Virus record (IMG/VR): IMGVR_UViG_3300042430_000348
Span: 1-28,247 of that record
DNA from: a virus
Taxonomy: Duplodnaviria > Caudoviricetes
Strand: one strand, 5' to 3'
DNA: 28,247 bases
In this document: positions 25,172 to 28,247 of the stretch, in pieces
Layout: every line of letters starts with the position of its first letter
Position numbering within the stretch: the stretch's first letter is position 1
The notes under the pieces: generated by a model
Told to the model about the DNA's origin: nothing
Seen by the model: the letters and a program-made list of their open reading frames with translations, nothing else
Databases searched by the model: none
Made by a program: the position numbers and the translations under genes

Positions 25172-25345
25172 ATGAAACACGTTTTAAAAGTATTGGATAA
25201 ATACATTGAAAGTAATGTCAAGCAATTAAAGTATAAGGATGAAAGAATTCAAGAACTTAATATTGCTAATAGAGAATTAGAAAAACAAAATGAAATGCTC
25301 AAAAATGAGTTAGTTAAATTAAATAGAGAAAACTTAATAAAATAA
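25172..25345 (+). CDS. Small coiled-coil protein (57 aa)
   Basis: MKHVLKVLDKYIE...NRENLIK*; fills the gap between sigma and the 25350 ORF. Confidence 0.65.
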   Translation: MKHVLKVLDKYIESNVKQLKYKDERIQELNIANRELEKQNEMLKNELVKLNRENLIK

Positions 25346-25349
25346 ACAA

Positions 25350-25724
25350 ATGGCAAAAACACGAACACCAAGAAAGAAAGCAGAAGGACTAGGAGATACA
25401 GTAGAGAACGTACTAAAGCTAACAGGTATATCCAAACTAGTAAACTTTGTGGCAGGAGAAGATTGCGGATGCGAAGAACGTAAAGAAAAGCTAAATGCTT
25501 TGTTTCCTTACAGAACACCTAAATGCCTAACAGAAGACGAATACACATACCTAACAGAATCTCAGGTATTAAACAAACAAACACTTAGACCTAGTGAGCA
25601 GGATGCAATCTTAAAGATATACAATAGAATCTTTGGGATCAGCAGAGAACCTACTTCGTGTGCAACTTGTTGGTTGGAGATTATTAATAAGATGAAACAA
25701 GTATTTAATCAATACGAAATCTAA
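25350..25724 (+). CDS. Hypothetical Cys-containing (possibly Zn-binding) protein
   Basis: 'GLGDTVE', 'CGC', 'CATC' motifs. Confidence 0.75.
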   Translation: MAKTRTPRKKAEGLGDTVENVLKLTGISKLVNFVAGEDCGCEERKEKLNALFPYRTPKCLTEDEYTYLTESQVLNKQTLRPSEQDAILKIYNRIFGISREPTSCATCWLEIINKMKQVFNQYEI

Positions 25725-25924
25725 TGAAATACTATTTAGTTGATCACGGTAAGTATATGATCGAAGCTGCTAATATCTTAACAGACTTTTTAACATCACA
25801 AGGACATCACTATGTGGTTTACTTGACCAATGCTGATGGACTAATGTGCGTAGAAGAAATAGATGAAGATGAATTTTTAAATCACTTTAAAAAACGACCA
25901 AAACACGAAACCAATGAAAAATAA
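25724..25924 (+). CDS. Hypothetical protein
   Basis: 66 aa; TAATG overlap. Confidence 0.65.
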   Translation: MKYYLVDHGKYMIEAANILTDFLTSQGHHYVVYLTNADGLMCVEEIDEDEFLNHFKKRPKHETNEK

Positions 25925-26327
25925 AGTAGGAAGACCTAGAAACCTAGAATCACCTGAACAACTAAGTGAACTATTTGACAAATACAAAGCAGACGTAAAA
26001 GCCAATCCAAGAATAAAAAGCGTATTCGGAGGAAAGGAGTTTGAGGAGAGAGCTGAGCCATTAGAAAGACCTCTAACCCTAGAAGGCTTTGAATTGTTTT
26101 GCTACGATGAAGTTGGAGTTGTAGAACAATACTTTAAGAATACAGACAAAAGATACGAAGAATTTGTTCCCATCTGCTCGCGTATAAGAAAAGCAATACG
26201 ACAAGACCAAATCGAAGGAGGCATGGTAGGACAGTACAATCCGTCCATTACACAACGTCTGAACGGATTAACTGAAAAAGTTGAAAGCACGATTATAACA
26301 GAACAACCATTGTTCCCTGAGGAGTAA
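25914..26327 (+). CDS. terS: Terminase small subunit (P22 gp3-like)
   Basis: 'GRPR', 'RPLTLEGF', 'G.YNPSITQRLNGL'; directly upstream of the large subunit. Confidence 0.8.
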   Translation: MKNKVGRPRNLESPEQLSELFDKYKADVKANPRIKSVFGGKEFEERAEPLERPLTLEGFELFCYDEVGVVEQYFKNTDKRYEEFVPICSRIRKAIRQDQIEGGMVGQYNPSITQRLNGLTEKVESTIITEQPLFPEE

Positions 26328-26329
26328 GT

Positions 26330-27490
26330 ATGTTTAAAAGAACGACTGCAATAAACAAGATTCTTTCGTTAAAAAAACGGATTAAGATAATTCAAGGAGG
26401 AACCAGTGCGGGAAAGACATTTGGGATTTTGCCCGTGCTTATTGACAAGTGTGCTAAAGAGCCAAACCTAGAAGTTTCTGTAGTTGCAGAATCAATCCCT
26501 CACTTACGAAGAGGTGCGTTAAAAGACTTTATCAAAGTGATGAGGTGGACAGGACGCTACAATGACGATAGGTTTAATAAGACTCTCTTACGTTACGAGT
26601 TTGGTAATGGTAGTGTAATGGAGTTCTTCTCAGCAGATGACGCATCTAAGTTAAGAGGAGCAAGAAGAGATATCCTTTATATCAACGAATGTAATAACGT
26701 AAGCTTTGAAAGTTATAACGAATTATCAATAAGAACTAAGAGAGAAGTATTCTTAGACTTTAACCCTGCTAACGAGTTTTGGGTACATAAGGAACTCAAA
26801 GACGAACCTGACTCAGACTTTATAATCTTAACTTACAAGGACAATGAAGCATTAGACGAATCAATAGTAAGTCAGATAGAAAAGAATCGTGAGAAAGCAG
26901 CAACGTCATCTTACTGGGCGAATTGGTGGAGAGTTTACGGACTAGGACAGATAGGTAGTTTAGAAGGAGTAATCTTTAACAACTGGAAAACGATTGACAC
27001 GATACCAAGCGAAGCTAAGTTAATCGGAATAGGGCTTGACTTTGGATACACGAATGATCCTACTTCAGCAATAGAGATCTATAACTACAACGGACAAAGA
27101 ATCATAAACGAGATTTGTTACCGTACAGGAATGGTAAACTCAGATATTGCAAAGGTGCTACCGAATAGCGTTACTATTTACGCAGATAGCTCAGAGCCAA
27201 AATCAATCGAAGAGATTAGACGCTTCGGCAAGATGATTAAAGGCGTAACCAAAGGAGTTGATTCAATCAAGTTCGGAATCGATGTAATGCAAAGACAAGA
27301 TTACTTAGTTACCAGTTCCAGTACAAACCTAATCAAAGAGCTTAGAAGCTATTGTTGGAGCGTAAAGAAAGACGGAGAGAAAACAAACGTACCTATCGAC
27401 CATTACAATCACGCTATTGATGCATTGAGATATCACGAGATGGAAACACTAGGACTAAAAAAGAACTATGGACAATACAACATCAGATGA
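26330..27490 (+). CDS. terL: Terminase large subunit (PBSX/SPP1-like)
   Basis: Walker A 'QGGTSAGKT', Walker B 'YINE', 'DFNP', nuclease 'GLDFG', 'NHAIDALRY'. Confidence 0.95.
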   Translation: MFKRTTAINKILSLKKRIKIIQGGTSAGKTFGILPVLIDKCAKEPNLEVSVVAESIPHLRRGALKDFIKVMRWTGRYNDDRFNKTLLRYEFGNGSVMEFFSADDASKLRGARRDILYINECNNVSFESYNELSIRTKREVFLDFNPANEFWVHKELKDEPDSDFIILTYKDNEALDESIVSQIEKNREKAATSSYWANWWRVYGLGQIGSLEGVIFNNWKTIDTIPSEAKLIGIGLDFGYTNDPTSAIEIYNYNGQRIINEICYRTGMVNSDIAKVLPNSVTIYADSSEPKSIEEIRRFGKMIKGVTKGVDSIKFGIDVMQRQDYLVTSSSTNLIKELRSYCWSVKKDGEKTNVPIDHYNHAIDALRYHEMETLGLKKNYGQYNIR

Positions 27491-27650
27491 TTTACCAATG
27501 ATGAAAAGAGTAGTTGAGGACTACATCTATCAGCGTACAGGAAAACGGATTACAATAGTATTCGATGATGTTATGCAAATACGCAGACACTTCCAAATGT
27601 TGACTGCAGCCTTCGACATTATCGTAGTGCAACAAAACAAGAACAAATAA
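27468..27650 (+). CDS. Hypothetical protein
   Basis: 60 aa overlapping the end of terL. Confidence 0.55.
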   Translation: MDNTTSDDLPMMKRVVEDYIYQRTGKRITIVFDDVMQIRRHFQMLTAAFDIIVVQQNKNK

Positions 27651-27657
27651 GTTTATA
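27628..27657 (+). promoter_or_regulatory. Putative phage late promoter (copy 4)
   Basis: TGCAACA-aaacaagaacaaata-AGTTTATA, 4 nt before ATG 27662. Confidence 0.75.
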
Positions 27658-27661
27658 TATT

Positions 27662-28247
27662 ATGAAGTTAGAAATTAACGTACCTTCAAGCCTAAGTGAA
27701 ATCCCACTTAAACACTACCAAGACTTCCTAAAAGTTCAGGCAGATTCCAACGATGAGGAATTTGTCGCTCAGAAGATGATTGAAATCTTTTGCGGTATAT
27801 CTTTAAAGGACGTAGTTAAAATGAAGCTAACGAGCTTAAATGAGCTAATAGCACACTTCACACAGTTGTTCTCTGAGAAACCTAAGTTTCAAAACAGGTT
27901 TAAAATACAATCAGAGGAAGGCGAGATTGAGTTTGGATTCATTCCAGAATTAGAGCAAATCAGTTTTGGAGAATACGTTGATCTTGAATCGCATCTTACA
28001 AATTGGGAAAGCTACCATAAGGCAATGGCAGTTATGTATCGTCCTATTATCAAAACACGAAAGGATAAATACGATGTTTTACCCTATGAGCCAAACAAAG
28101 ACTTTCAGGAGTTAATGAAGTTTGCACCTCTGGATGTAGTTATAGCATCTAGTGTTTTTTTTTGGAATTTAGGAAACGAGTTACTGCAGGCTACCCTGAG
28201 TTATTTGGAGAACGAGATGAAGAAGAACAAGAAACTTACAACGACTT
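27662..28247 (+). CDS. Probable tail assembly chaperone, 3'-truncated, with a slippery site
   Basis: Hand-translated MKLEINVPSSLSEIPLKHYQ...GFIPELEQISFGEYVDLE...; open to the window end (absent from the ORF track); T9 run at 28155-28163. Confidence 0.6.
   Translation, partial: MKLEINVPSSLSEIPLKHYQDFLKVQADSNDEEFVAQKMIEIFCGISLKDVVKMKLTSLNELIAHFTQLFSEKPKFQNRFKIQSEEGEIEFGFIPELEQISFGEYVDLESHLTNWESYHKAMAVMYRPIIKTRKDKYDVLPYEPNKDFQELMKFAPLDVVIASSVFFWNLGNELLQATLSYLENEMKKNKKLTTT

Noticed and set aside
1-28247. Integrase/lysogeny module, tRNAs, reverse transcriptase/DGR, alternative genetic code
   Set aside because: No supporting motifs were seen, and genes translate full length with standard stops. 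Part of the genome lies outside the window, so lifestyle cannot be settled.

Overview
The window is most of a tailed dsDNA phage genome (siphovirus-like, AT-rich). A Bacteroidota/Flavobacteriia host is inferred from repeated TAnnTTTG promoters and A-rich leaders without Shine-Dalgarno sequences. Almost all genes are on the + strand. In order: tail and tape-measure genes, XkdF-like prohead protease, scaffold, major capsid, tail tube, portal, adaptor, lysis cassette, metallophosphoesterase, a ~550 bp non-coding block, early small ORFs, replication (initiator with iterons, DnaB-like helicase), recombination (NinG, ERF, exonuclease, SSB), an ECF-like sigma factor, small and large terminase, and a probable tail chaperone with a -1 slippery site. 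No integrase, tRNA or CRISPR array was seen. The most unusual signals are: (1) a dense non-coding array of about 12 different palindromic operator-like sites (15681-16130); (2) a chain of tiny gene cassettes joined by a repeated junction, (ACCTT)TAAACAACAAGAACAATGA, that encodes both the stop of one gene and the start of the next (23298-23966); (3) a kissing-loop RNA leader before the replication operon; (4) a four-copy phage late promoter, TGCAACA-N15-AGTTTATA; (5) two inserted head-region genes sharing a leader motif with the protease; (6) a strand-biased ACACGGA heptamer. All product calls come from motif recognition and synteny by eye, not database searches.
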